DNA of 64,000 bases from Heterodontus francisci (Eukaryota): assembly GCF_036365525.1 (NCBI RefSeq), contig NC_090374.1:173910924-173974923 (forward strand), given 5' to 3'. Numbering within the stretch: position 1 is the first letter of the stretch; the number at the start of each line of letters is the position of its first letter. Of the stretch, positions 1-13,910 are shown piece by piece. The notes beneath the pieces were generated by a model. That model searched no databases. It was not told the origin of the DNA and saw only the letters and a program-made list of their open reading frames with translations. A program made the position numbers and the translations under genes.

Positions 1-570
1 GAACACGGAATGCTTCACCACAAGTGGCATTGAGAAACAGACGAAATCACTTCAAGAGAAACTGCATTACTAATTGGAAAGAAAAGTATAAAAGGACACA
101 GGAAAGACTAAGAGAAGTTAAGGAGCTGGCATCAGCAAAAGTGCAATGAGCTAAATTGCCTCCCACTGTGTCATGGCTTGTGAACTGTGCCCAATTAAAA
201 CAAAGACCTAGAGTTTCTGCTAATTTTATCAGCTCAATACAACAGAATCATAGAATGGTTACAGCACAGAAGGAGGACATTCAGTCCAGCGTATCCATGC
301 CAGCTCTCTGGAAGAGCTCGTCCCACCTCCCCACCCTTCCCCCGTAGCCCTGCAAACTCTCTCTCTTCAGGTGCTTACCCAGTTCCATTTTGAAAGCCAT
401 GATGAAACCTGCCTCCAACACACTCTCAGGCAGTGCATTCCAGATCCTAACAACTCACTGTGTGAAAACATTTTCCCTCATGTCGCTTTTCGCTCTTTTG
501 CCAATCACATTAAATCAGTGTCCTCTGGTTCTCAACCCTTCCGCCATTGGAAACAGTTTCTCTCTATCTA

Positions 571-707
571 TAATAAAAGCAAAATACTGCGGATGCTGGA
601 AATCTGAAATAAAAACAAGAAATGCTGGAACCACTCAGCAGGTCTGGCAGTATCTGTGGAAAGAGAAGCAGAGTTAACGTTTCGGGTCAGTGACCCTTCT
701 TCGGAAC
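571..707 (-). mobile_element. 137-bp Penelope pLTR stub with a hammerhead-like motif, inserted in a CR1 tail
   Basis: 13-bp TSD TTCTCTCTATCTA at 558-570 and 708-720; homologous to the tail of the 7150-8765 element. Confidence 0.85.
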
Positions 708-2751
708 TTCTCTCTATCTACTCTGTCCAGACCCCTCGTGATTTTGAACACCTTTGTCAAATCTCCTCTCAAATGTCTCTTCTCCAAGAAGAGATTCTCC
801 AATTTATCCCTGTAACTGAAATCTGAAAAATGGGCCGAACCAGCGCTGACGATTGTGGAATTTTAAACTTTTTTATTATTTGTTCACAGGATGTAGGTCA
901 GCATTAATTACCCATCCCTAATTGTCCTTGAGAAGGTGGTGGTGAACTGCCTTCTTGAATATAACTGAGCGGCTTGCCAGGCCATTTCAGAGGGCAGTTA
1001 AGAGTCAACCACATTGCTGTGAGTCTGGAGTCACATGTAGGCCAGACCAGGTAAGAACGGCAGATTTCCTTCCCTAAAGGACATTAGTGAACCAGATGGG
1101 TTTTTGCTGACAATTCAGTAGTTTCATGGTTGCCATGACTAAGGCTAGCTTTTTATTCCAGATTTATTTAACTAACTATGTTTAAATTCACCAGCTGCGG
1201 TGATGGGATTTCAACTCATGTCTCTCGATCATTAGTCCAGTAACATAACCACTATGTTACCATTTCCAATGATGGCGAGTTACGTCAGCCTAAATTGAGT
1301 TTCGGCGATCTTTTGTGCTTGTTTAAAATACATTGTTCTTGAAGCTGGCCCTGCCCACAAATTTGGCCGAGCCCCCAGATTGAAACAACATTTTTTGGAA
1401 GACATTTTCAGTGATTTTTAATCAGGTTATTCACAGGTGGGAGAACTGGACACAAAATTAAATGTTGCTTACATTTTGCTGATAAACCCATTTTCAGCTG
1501 CATTAATAAACCTGCACCAGGTTACCGTCCGAAAATACATCAAGGACTATCAAAATCATCAGGGGTCTGGAGAGAGTAGATAGGGAGAAACTGTTCCCAT
1601 TGGCCAAAGGATCCAAAACCAGTGGACACCGATTTAAGGCGATTGGCAAAAGAACCAAGGAGGCATGAGAGAAAACCTATTTAATGCAGTGAGTAGTTAG
1701 GATCTGGAATGCATTGCCCGCGTGTATGGTGGAGTCAGATTCCATCAAGGCTTTCAAAAAGGAATTGGATAATTGTCTGAAGAGAAAAAATTTGCAGGAT
1801 GGCAGGGAAGTGGGACCAGCTTAGAGAGAGCATGGCTACAACAGGCAAAATGGTCTCCTTCTGTGCTGTAACCATTCTATGGTTCTGTTTTTTAAATGCA
1901 AAGAAAAGAAACTATTTTGTTGTGTGACACTGCCAGACTATGCTGGTTCACGGAAGAACTTGCATTAGTGATTATACAAATGAGATTGAGCAGAATTTTG
2001 AAGTATAACTTTACTTCGGAGAAACAGCACAATTTGAAGTGCAGTTTGTGCTCAGTTTCCCCAATTGCACCCAAAGCAGAAACTCTAATCCCTGAATATA
2101 TGGAATGACTGAGTCATCATCGCTAGGGTCAACAGACAAAATCTTGGACATAAAACTGCAACCTTTGTGAACGGAATGTAATGGCTAAAATCAAGAGGTT
2201 CAAACGAGAACCAGTTCCCATTCTGGCAGAATGCTACGGTTATAAACATAAATGTACAGGAAACTGTACGCTCAATATATATTTAGATACGCTGACATAA
2301 ATGCAATGAATTACATTTGTCACCTGCCTACACAGTTCCTATGTTCTCCTGAAATCTTTACAGTCACCTGGGTATTTGCCAAACTCCGTCAGTAGATTTC
2401 AATATTCACCTTATTCCATAATTCACTTCTATATATCTATCGCTGCATCCCAATTTTAAATCGCTCCACCACTGGCAGCCGTGCTTTCAGCCGCCTAGGC
2501 CCTAAACTCTGGAATTCTCTCCTAAGCCGCCTCGCCTCTGTCTTTCACTCCTACTTTAAGATGCTCCTTAAAACCTACCTATTTGACCAAGCGTTTGGTC
2601 ACCTGTTCTAATACCTCCTTATTTGGCTTGGTGTCAGATTTTGTTGGATAATCACTCCTGTGAAGCCCCTTCAGACATTGTACTACATCAAAGACGCCAT
2701 ACAAATGCAAATTGATCTTGCTGTTGTATGTGTGCAGGTTACACACACAGA

Positions 2752-2774
2752 TGTGTGTGTGTGTGTGTGTGTGT
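2752..2774. repeat. (TG)n microsatellite
   Basis: About 11 TG units. Confidence 0.9.
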
Positions 2775-3399
2775 ATATATACACAGACCCAACACTTCTT
2801 CATGCCACGCCATTAATGTTAACATTATATTTTCTCACCATCAACCAATTTTCCGTCCATGTTGCTATGTTTTCTTAGACCATGCACCCGAGTTTTCTTA
2901 ACAAGCCTCCTGTGATGAACCTCATTGAACGTCTTCTGAAAATCCATATACATGCATGTACTTTCCTTTTAGGTAGCCCAGCACTTCCCAAACTGTGGCA
3001 CGCATGCCCCTGGGGGTTTGCAAGACATCTCTGGGGAGTACGCAGATGAAATGGTGTAGTGAATTCCCTCCTCTCTTCATTCTCAGTGGGCGATTTCTCA
3101 GTAAAATGAAGTGCCTCTGGTGATCTCGTGAGAGGGCTCTGAAGTCCCAGGATGTACCAAAAACATGGGTCAGATTGAAGTGACATCAGCATCATCATGC
3201 TCTCGTGCTGCTTTCTGAAGTAACCCAGTCACAGTGGGAGCTTCCAAGAGTCTACTTAAGTGTTGGCTATATGTACAATGCCAAACACTGAGCACAAGTG
3301 AGATACTACAGCCTGCATCCAAAAGCAGGTCCTAACAGGGACCGGGGGAGCAGTTGGTATTTGGTTGAACTGGGGACAGCTGATATTTGTTGTGGGCCT

Positions 3400-5480
3400 G
3401 CGGGTTTTTACTGCAATTATATACACCGCACTGTAACTATATCTAACATTGGAAAATGGACAGATGGCTAAAGACAGGTAGTGTTAAGAAGAACACACAA
3501 AGTATTAGTGATGAGAGGCAAAGTGCTGAAATCCATTTTGCTAGTACCAGTTCACTTGCTGAAATCGCTAGCGAGACAATGAATACTGATTCAGCATGCG
3601 AATCTCAGCATGTGAAGCAAAACCTTGACACGATGCACAAAACAGGGTCTATATCAGAGCGATATCAATGTGACAAAAACGACACTGAAATGGGAATTAC
3701 TTGTTCTGGAGCCGCTGAATACCCTCAGCTGCAGTATGTGATATGTAGTGAAGTCCTGTTGAACAACAGCCTGAAACCACCTCTTCTATTTAGACACTTG
3801 GGAATAGAACACGAACAACACAAGGACAAACCGCAAGAATTTTTCAAGTGGACGTGGGCGCTGCCAGTGGTGAGCAAGACAGTTTTGCGCTTAAATGCTG
3901 CTGCTGACAATGTTAAGGCCCTTGAAGCCTCATACTTCATGAGATACAGAGTTGCAAAGGCAGGACAACCTGATACCACAGCACAGGAACGAACACTACC
4001 TGTGGTTGCAGACATGGTAAGCACTGTGCTTGGAGAAAAGGCGCAAAAATTAATTCAGTTAATGCAATTATCAAACAGCACAATGTCCCATCGAATTAAT
4101 GACATGGCCAAGGATGTCCTAACTCAATGAACCGTGTCGTTAGCGGCCAATACTTTGTTCTGCAGATGGATGAATCCACAAAAGTGGCAGGACTAGCTCA
4201 CCTTCTGCTGTACGTGAGGTATATTTACAAAGGTACAATACAGGAGCACATTTTGTTTTGCCAGACGCTGCCAACCAGAACAGGTGAGGAGATTTTCCAG
4301 TTGCTCGACGGCTTCTTAAATCATCATAATATTGTCTGGTCAGTGTATTGGCATCTGCACTAATGAAGCAAAGTCAAAGAGTGGTAGGAACAGTGGAGTA
4401 CTGAGGATTAACAGAGCAGTCACTCCCAATGCAAAGTAGGTGCATTGCAGTATACATAGAGAAGCATTCGTTGCCAAAAGCATGTCTATCAAGTTTAAGG
4501 AGCTCCTGGACAATGCTATGAGATGGTAAGCTTTATAAAATCTCAACCTTTGAATTCCAGAATATTTTGAACTCTATGTAATGAGATGGGAAGTGAGAAC
4601 ATCAATCTATTATTTCACACAGAGGTTGAAGGCTGTCATGTGGCAAGGTCTTGGCATGTTTCTTTAAACTTCCCTCTGAGGTCAAGTTATTCTTTACAGA
4701 TCACCCATTCCCAGTCTCTCTCTGCCTGCATGACACAGCCTGGCTCTCATGGCTGGGCTACTTGTCAGATATATTGTCTCTCCTGAATGAGCAACATCTA
4801 GGACTTCAAGGGCTGAGCGCAGCCATCTTCAAAGCTCAGGACAAAATTGAGTCAACGAGAAAAAAGCTGCCCACTTTGTGTAGGAAAGCAACAGTGAAAT
4901 TTTCCCAAACGTGCATGAATTCCTGACAATGAATGAAATGCAGTTGCAGGACAGTGTTCAAGATGACATCAAGCAACATCTCACTAAATTGGCGAGGCAA
5001 TGGCGTGATTAGTTTCCCTCAATGGGAACGGCAAACAGTTGGGTCTGAGACCCTTTGACAAATGCTTCTGCAGTAACTATGCTGCAAGTCTTGTCAATAA
5101 AAGGACAAGAGAACCTGCTGGACTTTTCAACTGATGGCGGACTCAAGACTGAGTTCCAACAGAAGCAGTTGGTTGAGTGTTGGGTTGAAATGTGAACAGA
5201 TTTCCCTGCTGTCAAGGGTTTGTTACAAATTACCTGTGTGAAAGTGGATTTTCACCACTCATTGGAATGATATCAAAGTATCGTCAGCACCTATGTGTAG
5301 AAACAACTTACGACTCAAACTATCACTCTAAACATTACGTGCCTATGCTCGAACAGACAAGCCCTTCCATCACATTAATGGTGAGAAAGGGGTTAAAATA
5401 CTAAGCCAGAATGCTGGTAGGGGTATGTGGGAAGCTGGTAGATCTGGAAAGGGGGTATGCAATGACTGGGAACCATTCAC
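3400..5480 (+). mobile_element. Degraded hAT (Buster/Charlie, ZBED5/SCAND3-like) DNA transposon
   Basis: Broken frames give MDRWLKTG, LQMDEST, HCSIHREA, LLFHTEV and YLCESGFS motifs; multiple stops and frameshifts; possible 3' TIR remnant TGGGAACCAT near 5467. Confidence 0.9.
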
Positions 5481-6294
5481 GATCTTTCCAGTCACTTCTT
5501 CAAAAATCCATGGTGACTGGCCTTGCTTAGCCAATTGATTTTAACTCAAATTTAAAAGACTTAAGAGTTTACAACTGACATTAGTCTAACTAATCTACAG
5601 TTACCCAGTTTATCCTTCTCTCCCGCCTTGGGTACAGCTGTTAAACTGACTACCATCTAGTTCCTTGGGTCAGTTTGCATATTTAAGGAGGGCTGTGAGA
5701 TTGTGGTTACAGCCTCTTGTACCTCCTCCCCGAGAGTTCATGTCATCGAGGCCCAGTGAACGATCCAACTGAAGTTCTGATTATTCTTTCCAGGAATTAC
5801 TTGTTTCTCCTCTCGCACATCTATGACCTCAATGCCACCATCATTTTTCGAACATCATTGTAAAATATTTAATATATCCTCCAAATAGTCATGCTCTTAT
5901 TTTGCTGTTTATATGCTTCCAAAAGCTCTGTCTATTTCCTTTTGTAAGAACATAAGAAATAGGAGCTGGAGTAGGACATTCGGTCCTTCGACCCTGCTCT
6001 GCCATTCAATAAGCTCATGGCTGATCTTCTATCTCAACTCCACCTTCCCGCACAACCCCCATATCCCTTAATTCCCTTAGTACCCAAAAATCTGTCAATG
6101 TCTGTTTTGAATATACTCAATGAATGAGGTAGAGAGGTTGAGATCCCTAGGTCTAGACTCTCCAGCCAGGGTACACATCCTCCCAGCATCTCCCCTGTCA
6201 AGCCGCTTAAGAACTTTATATGTTTCAATGAGATCACCTCTCATTCTTCTAAACTCTAGGGAATGTAGGTATTATCTGCATGATGATCTTTGTT

Positions 6295-6612
6295 TTCTAA
6301 AATCTAGGCTGACGCTCCCAGTGCAATACTGAGGGAATGCCACACTGTGAGAGGTGCCGTCTTTTGGATGAGGCGATAAATGGAGGCCCTGTCTGCCCTC
6401 TCAGGTGGACGTCAAAGATCCCACGGCCACTATTTTAAAGAAGAACCGGGGAGTTCTCTTCAGTGTCCTAGCCAAAATGTATCCCTCAAACAACATTCGT
6501 TAAAAAATAAAATTATCTGGTCATTTATTGCAGTTTATGGGATCTTGCTGTGCACAAATTGGTTGTAAAGCATTTTGGGACACCTTGAAGTCATGAAAGG
6601 TGCTATATACAA
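6295..6612 (+). mobile_element. Deu-domain SINE (SacSINE1-like) fragment
   Basis: ctcaggtggacgt-aaagatccca core and L2-like tail. Confidence 0.7.
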
Positions 6613-7149
6613 TCTTAGAATGATACAGCAAAGGACCAAGCCTTTCTGCCCATCATGCCTGTGCTGGGATATAAATGCAAGTTCTTTCTTGCTTTCCTTT
6701 CTAAACTCCTTCACACTCCTCACTACAGTTTCTTTATTCCTTAAATAAAAGAAATATATGATGAAAGGTCATAGACCTGAAACGTTAACTCTGCTTCTCT
6801 CTCCACAGATACTGCCAGACCTGCTGAGTCTTTCCAGCACTTTCTGTTTTCGTTTCTGAATTGCTTATGATTTTTTTTTGTAGCATTGTTAACTTTAGTG
6901 TCATTATGTAACATTTAGTCTAACTTGAGAAAACAGCTAGGCTTAATTTATCATTACACAGTGGCTAACAACTCATTTATTTTAAAACTGCAATTAGGAT
7001 AAAGAATTGAAAATAGGTTGGGGTCCACTCTAATAGTTGTAAAGCTTCAGAAAAGGTCAATGGGACCTCCAACAGTTATCAGACAGTTTGTAAAGGTCAC
7101 TGGTACCACCAATGCAGTTACTATTACAGAACAGGCAATGTAAATACAG

Positions 7150-8765
7150 TGTGAGCTTTCTGCTTCTTCCTTGAACAAAGACCACACCAGTCCACATCCA
7201 CCACTCTCCTCCGCCTGGCTGAACTTGTTCTCACGTTGAACAACTTCTCCTTTCACTCCACTCACTTCCTCCAAATAAAATATGTTGCATGAGAACTATG
7301 AGTTCCAGCTATGTCTGCCTTTTTGTTGGATATGCGGGACATTTCTTGTTCCAGTCCTACTCAGGTTCCCTCCCTCACCTCTTTTTCCAGTACACGGATG
7401 GCTGTATCGATGTTGCTTCCTGCTCTCACCCCAAACTGGAAAATTTCATACACTTTGCTTCCCATTTCTACCCTTCTCTGGTCCATCTGTGACTCTTCCC
7501 TTACATTCCTCAATTTTTCAAACCCAATCTCTGGGAATAGGCTATCAACAAATATTCACTATAAGCCCACTGACTCCCACAGCTACCTTGACTACACTTC
7601 CTCACATCCCGTTTCCTGTAAGAACTCCATTCCATTCTCCATCCTTTTCCGTCTCCATCGCATCTGTTCTAATGACGCAACCTTCCATACCAGCACTTGA
7701 TAACTCTTCCTTTTTCCTCAACCAAGGATTCCCTCCACTCTGACGGGGCCCTCGACTGTGTTCATCCCATTTCCTTCTCTTCTGTTCTCACCCCTTCCCC
7801 TCCATAACAGACCCATGATAGGGTTCCCCTTGTCATCACCTTCCACCCCACCATCCTCTTCCATTTCCGCCATCTCCAGTGTGATGCCACCACCAAACAA
7901 ATCTTCCCCTCCCCTTTCAGCATTCCGAAGGGATCGTTCCCTCTGTGACACGCTGCTCTGCTCTTCATTTACCCCCGACACCACGTCCCCTTGCCATGGC
8001 GCCTTTCCATACAATCGCAGGAGGTGTGATACCTGCCCTTTTACCTTCTCTCTCCTCACCGTCCAAGGCCCCAAATACTCCTTCAAGGTGAAACAGCAAT
8101 TTACAGGTACTTCTTTCAACTCAGTACACTGTATTCGCTGTTCACAATGTGGTGTTCTCTACACTGGGGAGACCAAACACAGATTGGGTGATCGCTTAGC
8201 AGAACACCTCCGTTGTTCAGTCCGCAAGTGTGACCCTGAGCTTCCAGTCGCCTGTCATTTTATTCCCCAACAAACTCTCACTTTGTCCTCAGCCTCCAAC
8301 ACCGATCCTGACAAACTTCATGCAAGCTTGAGGAACAGCAACTCATCTCTCAATTTGACACTTTTCAGCTTTCCAACTGAACAGAATTCATACCTCTGCC
8401 ACCATTTACCAATTGTTGGTGATTCTACTGTTCCCATTTACACATCCTCCAGACCCATCTTTTGTTTCTTTACTTATCACATCACCAACCCCTCCCTTTG
8501 GCGTTACATTATCATCCCTTTTGTCATTTAATCTCTCCTGCATTCTACCCTATCACAGACCTTCCCCTTTGTTCTCCCCTCCCTCCCCCTTTTCCCTGCC
8601 TCTGTACTTTCTTAAAACTGCTACATTTCTAACTTTTCCCCGACTAAAGGTCATCGGCCTGAAACATTAACTCTGTTTCTCTCCACAGATGCTGACAGAC
8701 CTGCTGAATATTTCTGTTTTTATTTGCTGATTTGCAGCATCCACAGTATTCTGCTTTTGTTTTGA
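7150..8765 (+). mobile_element. Penelope-like element fragment (RT C-terminus, GIY-YIG endonuclease, pLTR)
   Basis: IHYKPTDSHSYLDYTSSHP and CIRCSQCGVLYTGETKHRLGDRLAEH motifs; 3' pLTR sequence shared with other copies in the window. Confidence 0.9.
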
Positions 8766-11189
8766 TGTAAATACAGTTGCCTGGTAGGATCATTCCAGGC
8801 AGAGTAAAGGAAGCAAAATATCACACATAGTCCTACATATAGAATGCAATCTCTCACAGGAAATTAACAACATTTCCTAACTGTGGATTCAAACTTCAAT
8901 ATAAAGTTAAAGAACAAATGTGCTAGCCATGCACTGAAGAATAACAAATGGACACAGTAACACAAAGGGATAAGTCACTAAAATGCCAAACGAGTTTTTG
9001 TAGGCAAGTCACATCTCAATGGGTGGTTTTGAATGAGTTACAATCTCGCCCCAAATTATAGAAAAGATATACAGGCAGTGGACAGGGTCCAAAAATAGAC
9101 TTACTAGAATGATAGCAAAGCTGAGAGGAAGGACCGAACAGGCTGGGGCTCTTTTCTCCAGAAAAGCAATGGCCGAGGTCTTTAAAATTATGAAAGGGTT
9201 GGATAGGGTAGATCGAGAGAAGATGTTTCCACTTCTGGACGAGTCCAAAACCAGCAGCCAAAATATGAGACAGTCACTATTAAATCCAATAGGGAATTCA
9301 GGAGAAACCTCTTTACCCAGAGAGTGGTGAGAATGTGGAACTCACTACCACATGGAGTGGTTGAAGCGAATAGCATAGATACATTTGAGGGAAAGCTAGA
9401 TAAATACACTAGAAAGAAGTAGATGGATATGTTGATACGGTGAGATGAAGAAGGGCGAGAGGAAGCTCGTGTGGAGCATAAACACTGGCACAGACCAGTT
9501 GGGTTGAATTGCTGGTTTCTGTGCTGTAAATTCTATGTAATTTCCTTCAGTTGTCACAGCCTATCCCAGTGAGCGATAGTACAATCGATCAGAAAAGAGT
9601 ACCACACAATTACCTCTGCAGGGCTAGCTTCAAGGGTTGTCAGGACACTGCCTGGAACTTTCCAGAGCAGATAGTCCAGCCTCTTCATCAAAAGAATATG
9701 GATTTACAAATTAGATTTATAGACTAAACATCCCAGCCAACAGCAGAGTATGATTAATATCTTTACAGATCAGGCTGTCTAGATAACTAACAGAGCAGTT
9801 AGGAGGCCACAAGTGTTTGTTAAGTCCATAGCATGTTTCCCATTGAAAAATGTACACTTTAGTGTCAGCAAAGATTAGACAGTTGGGCAAGAGAGGAAAC
9901 CAGTAGGGAAAACATTAAAATGCATTTTTTATTTTTAAAGGGACTCTTGCTGAAATCTATTTTGAATTTTGTTTTCCTTCTCACGTGCAAACTTTGTGAT
10001 TGGGGTTGCCAAATTCCCAGACTGGGACAAATCTGAACATTCACACATTTTTACTGTCCAACACAGGGCAGTTTTCCAGCAAAAACAAAAATAGGCCCAA
10101 ATTTTCCTGCAACAGCAAGATTATCAATACAAACCACAAACCTGGCCGTCTAACTCCCCAATCTTACCGTGAGGTGGTCAATGTTCAAGAACAGTTGGAT
10201 TATGGCATTTGACTGAATTATGAAGGGTTGGAGAGGACAAACGCAAGTTACAGAAACATAACAAAAAGCATGCAGGGGAAATGAATGCACCTGTTCTTCA
10301 CCACAACAACACCTGCATTTGTATAGCAGCTTTAATGTGTTAAACGTCCCACAGCATCTGACAGAAGTGTTATCACACAAAATTTGACACCCAGCCACTT
10401 AGGGAGAGATGACCAAAAGCTTGGTCAAAGAGGTAGTTTTAAAGGAGGAGTGAGAGGGGTGGAGAGGTTTAGGGAGGCAGTTCTCAAGCTTAGGGGTTAG
10501 GCAGCTGAAGGCACAGACATCCATGGGAAAGCAATGAATATTGGGGACACACACGAGGCCAGAATTGCAGGAGCACAGAGATCTCAGAGGGTTGTGGGGC
10601 TGGTGGAGATTACAGAAACAGAATTAAAAGGAGAAACTTAAAAAAAAGATCTGCTGCAGAGGGCAGCTAGAATGTGCATTTCTCCATCACAAGCCACTCG
10701 ACGTAAAGTCCAATTGATTCTTTAGACAGGAGCTGGACAAGTAATGAAAGGTAGAGAGAGCAGGCAGGACAGTGGTATTGGATTAGGTGGCTCACATGGA
10801 GAATAACACTTGAGCAAACTCGATGGGCCAAATGGTCTGCTTCAGTGCTGCAACATTCTACATATTCCACAATGTCACACTGAGAAAATAATTTGGCATC
10901 CCAAACAACACATTGGCATTAGAGTTTCCGGACATGACTGACATGACATAAGTGAGAGTGATGAATAGAATTCCATCTAGAACACAAAAGCCAAATAATT
11001 TTAAAGCTTCTCTAATTATCTGCTTGTTGATAAATTGTAATTCATAACATCTTCATTTTCATTCAACCTTTAGTACCTTTAATGGAGTAAAACGTCCCAA
11101 GGCACTTCACGAGAGCATTAACAAAATTTGAAACTGAGCCTGTAAGGAGTTGTTGAGGGCAGATGACCAAAAGCCCGACCAAAGAGATT

Positions 11190-12860
11190 TTTCTTTATTC
11201 AAACATAAAGTGTGGCATCACCGACAAGGCCAGCAACTATTGCCCATTCCTACTTGCCCTCACAAAGGTGGTGGTGAGCCACCATCTTGAACCGCTGCAG
11301 TCTGTGTGGTAATGGTACGTCAACAGTGCTGTTAGGGAGGGAGTTCCAGGATATTGACCCAGCGACGGTAAAGGAATGGTGATTTAATCAGGATGGTATG
11401 TGATTTCGAGGGAACTTGCAGCTGGTGGTGACCCCATGTCGCTGCTGCCCTTGTCCTTCTAGGTGGTAGAGGTCATGGATTTGGATGTTGCTGTTGAAGA
11501 AACCTTGGCGAGTTGCTGCAGTGTATTTTGTAGATGGTACACACTTCTGCCACTGTGCGCTGGTGGTGGAGGGAGTGAATGTTTGTGGATGGAGTGAATG
11601 TTTGTGAATGGTGTGCCAATCAAGCTGGTTGCTTTGTCTTGGATGGTGTTGAGCTTCTTGAGTGTTGTTGGAGCTGCACCCATCCAGGCAAGTGGAGAGT
11701 ATTCCATCACATTCTTGATTTGTGCCTTGTAGATGGAGGACAGGCTTTGGGGAGTCAGGAGATGAGTTACTGGCTGCAGAACTCTCAGCCTCTGACCTGC
11801 TCTTGTAGCCACAATATTTCTGTGATAACCCCCTCCACCACCCAGGATGTTGATGGTGGGGAATTTGATGATAGTAATACCATTGAACGTCAAAGGGAGA
11901 TGGTTAGACTGTGTCTTGTTGGAGATGGTCATTGCCTGGCACTTGTGTGCTATGAATGTTACTTGCCACTTACCAGCTCAAGCATGAATGTTATCCAGGT
12001 CTTGTTGGATGTGGGCACAGGCTGCTTCATTATCTAAGGAGTTGTGAATGGTACTAAACACTGTGCAATCATCAGCGAACATCCCCACTTTTAACCTTAT
12101 GATGGAGGGTAGGACATTGATGAAGCAGCTAAAATGGTTGGGCCTAGAACACTGCCTTGAGGAACTCCTATAGTGATGTCCTGAGGCTGAGATGATTGGC
12201 CTCCAACAACCATTAGCATCTTCCTTTGTGGTAGGTATGACACCAAACAGCGGAGAGTTTTCCCCCTGATTCTCATTAACTTCAATTCTGCTCAGGTTCC
12301 TTGATGCCATACTTGGTCAAATGCTGCCTTGATATCAAGGGCAGTCACTCTCACCTCTGGAGTTCAGCTCTTTTGTCCAGTTTGGACAAAGGCTGTAATG
12401 AGGTCAGGAGCTAAGTGGCCCAGACGGAACCCAAATTGAGCGTCACTGAGCAGGTTATTGCTGAGTAACAGTCACTTGATAGCACCGTCAATGACATCTT
12501 CTAACACTTTTCTGATGATTAAGAGGAGGCTGTTGGGGTGGTAATTGACCAGATTGGATTTGTCCTGCTTTTTGTGGACAGGATATACCTGTGCAATTTT
12601 CCATATTGTTGGGTTGATGCCAGCATTGTAACTGTACTGGAACAGCTAGGCTAGTGACGTGACAAATTTGGAGCACAAACCTTCAGCATTACAGCCAGAA
12701 TGGTATCAGCGCCCATAGACTTTGCTGTATCCAGTGCACTCATCCATTTCTTGATATCACATAGAGTGAGTCAAACTGGTTAAAGACTGGCATATGTGAT
12801 GGTGGGGTTCTCAGGAGGAGGCCAGGTTGGATCATCCATTCAGCACCTCTGACTGAAGAT
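11190..12860 (-). mobile_element. CR1-clade LINE fragment (RT plus 3' UTR)
   Basis: GVPQGSVLGP, MFADD and YKAQIKNVMEY motifs in broken frames. Confidence 0.9.
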
Positions 12861-13209
12861 GGTTGCAAATGCTGATAGGTTTTAAGGAGTATCGTGAAGG
12901 AAAAAAGGGAGGTAGAGAGGTGGCGAGGTTTAAGGAGGGAATTCCAGAACTTAGGGCTAGGCAGCTGAAGTCATGGTCGCTAAGGATAGGGAGGAGTGAG
13001 GCCACGGAGAGATTTGAAAACAAGGTTGAGAATTTAAAAATCAAAGCATTGTTTATACCATGAACGATTGGGTACTAAAGGAATTAAGGGATATGGGGAT
13101 AGTGCAGGAAGGTGGAGTTGAGGTAGATGATCAGCCATAATCTTGTTGAATGGTGGAGGAGGCTCAAAGGGCCAAATAGCCTCCTCCAGCTCCTATCTTT
13201 TATGTTATT

Positions 13210-13910
13210 ATGAGCCAATGTAGGTCAGAAAGGACAGGGGTGATGGGTGAACGGGACTTGGTGTGAGTTAGGGCATGAGCAGCCGAGGGCTGTAAGGCTG
13301 GCAGAGGTTACAGATACGGAGTGGGGGGTGCAAGGGCATGAAGCAATTTAAACACGGAGATGAGAATTTTAAATTTGAAGCTTTGGAGGACTGGGAGCCA
13401 ATGTAGGTCAGCAAGCAGATGGGCGAGGGACATTTGATGTGAGTTAGGATATGGGCAGCAGGGTTTTGGATGAGCTGACATTTATGCAAGGTGTAGAATG
13501 GGAAGTTGTCCAGGAGAGCAATGGAACAGTTGAATCTGAAGGTGGCAAAGGTATGGATGAGGGTTCCAGCAGCAGATGGACTGAGCCAGGGGCTGAGACA
13601 GGTCATGCTGTGGAGGTAGAAGCAGGCTTTCTTTGAAATGGAAATTCAGCTCAAGTTCAAATATGAGGGCAAGGTTGCAAATGGTTTGGTTCAACCCGAG
13701 GCCCTGAAAGGGGAGGGGGATGGAAGGACAGAGGCAGAGGAGTTCATGGTGGCTTCAGTCTTCCCAGCATTAAATTGGAGGAAATTGTGGCTCATACAAG
13801 ACTGGAAACTGAACAAAGAGCCTGACAGCACAGAGACAATGAAGGGGTCAAGACAGGTGGTGGAGAGGTAGAGCAGGACATTGTGAATGTGCATCTGGAA
13901 GCTGACCCCA
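13210..13910 (-). mobile_element. L2-clade LINE fragment
   Basis: NFLQFNAGKTE, LIHTFATFRF and QLIQNPAAHILT motifs. Confidence 0.75.

Noticed and set aside
3456-4130. Domesticated ZBED5/SCAND3-type gene
   Set aside because: Multiple frameshifts and stops through the catalytic domain
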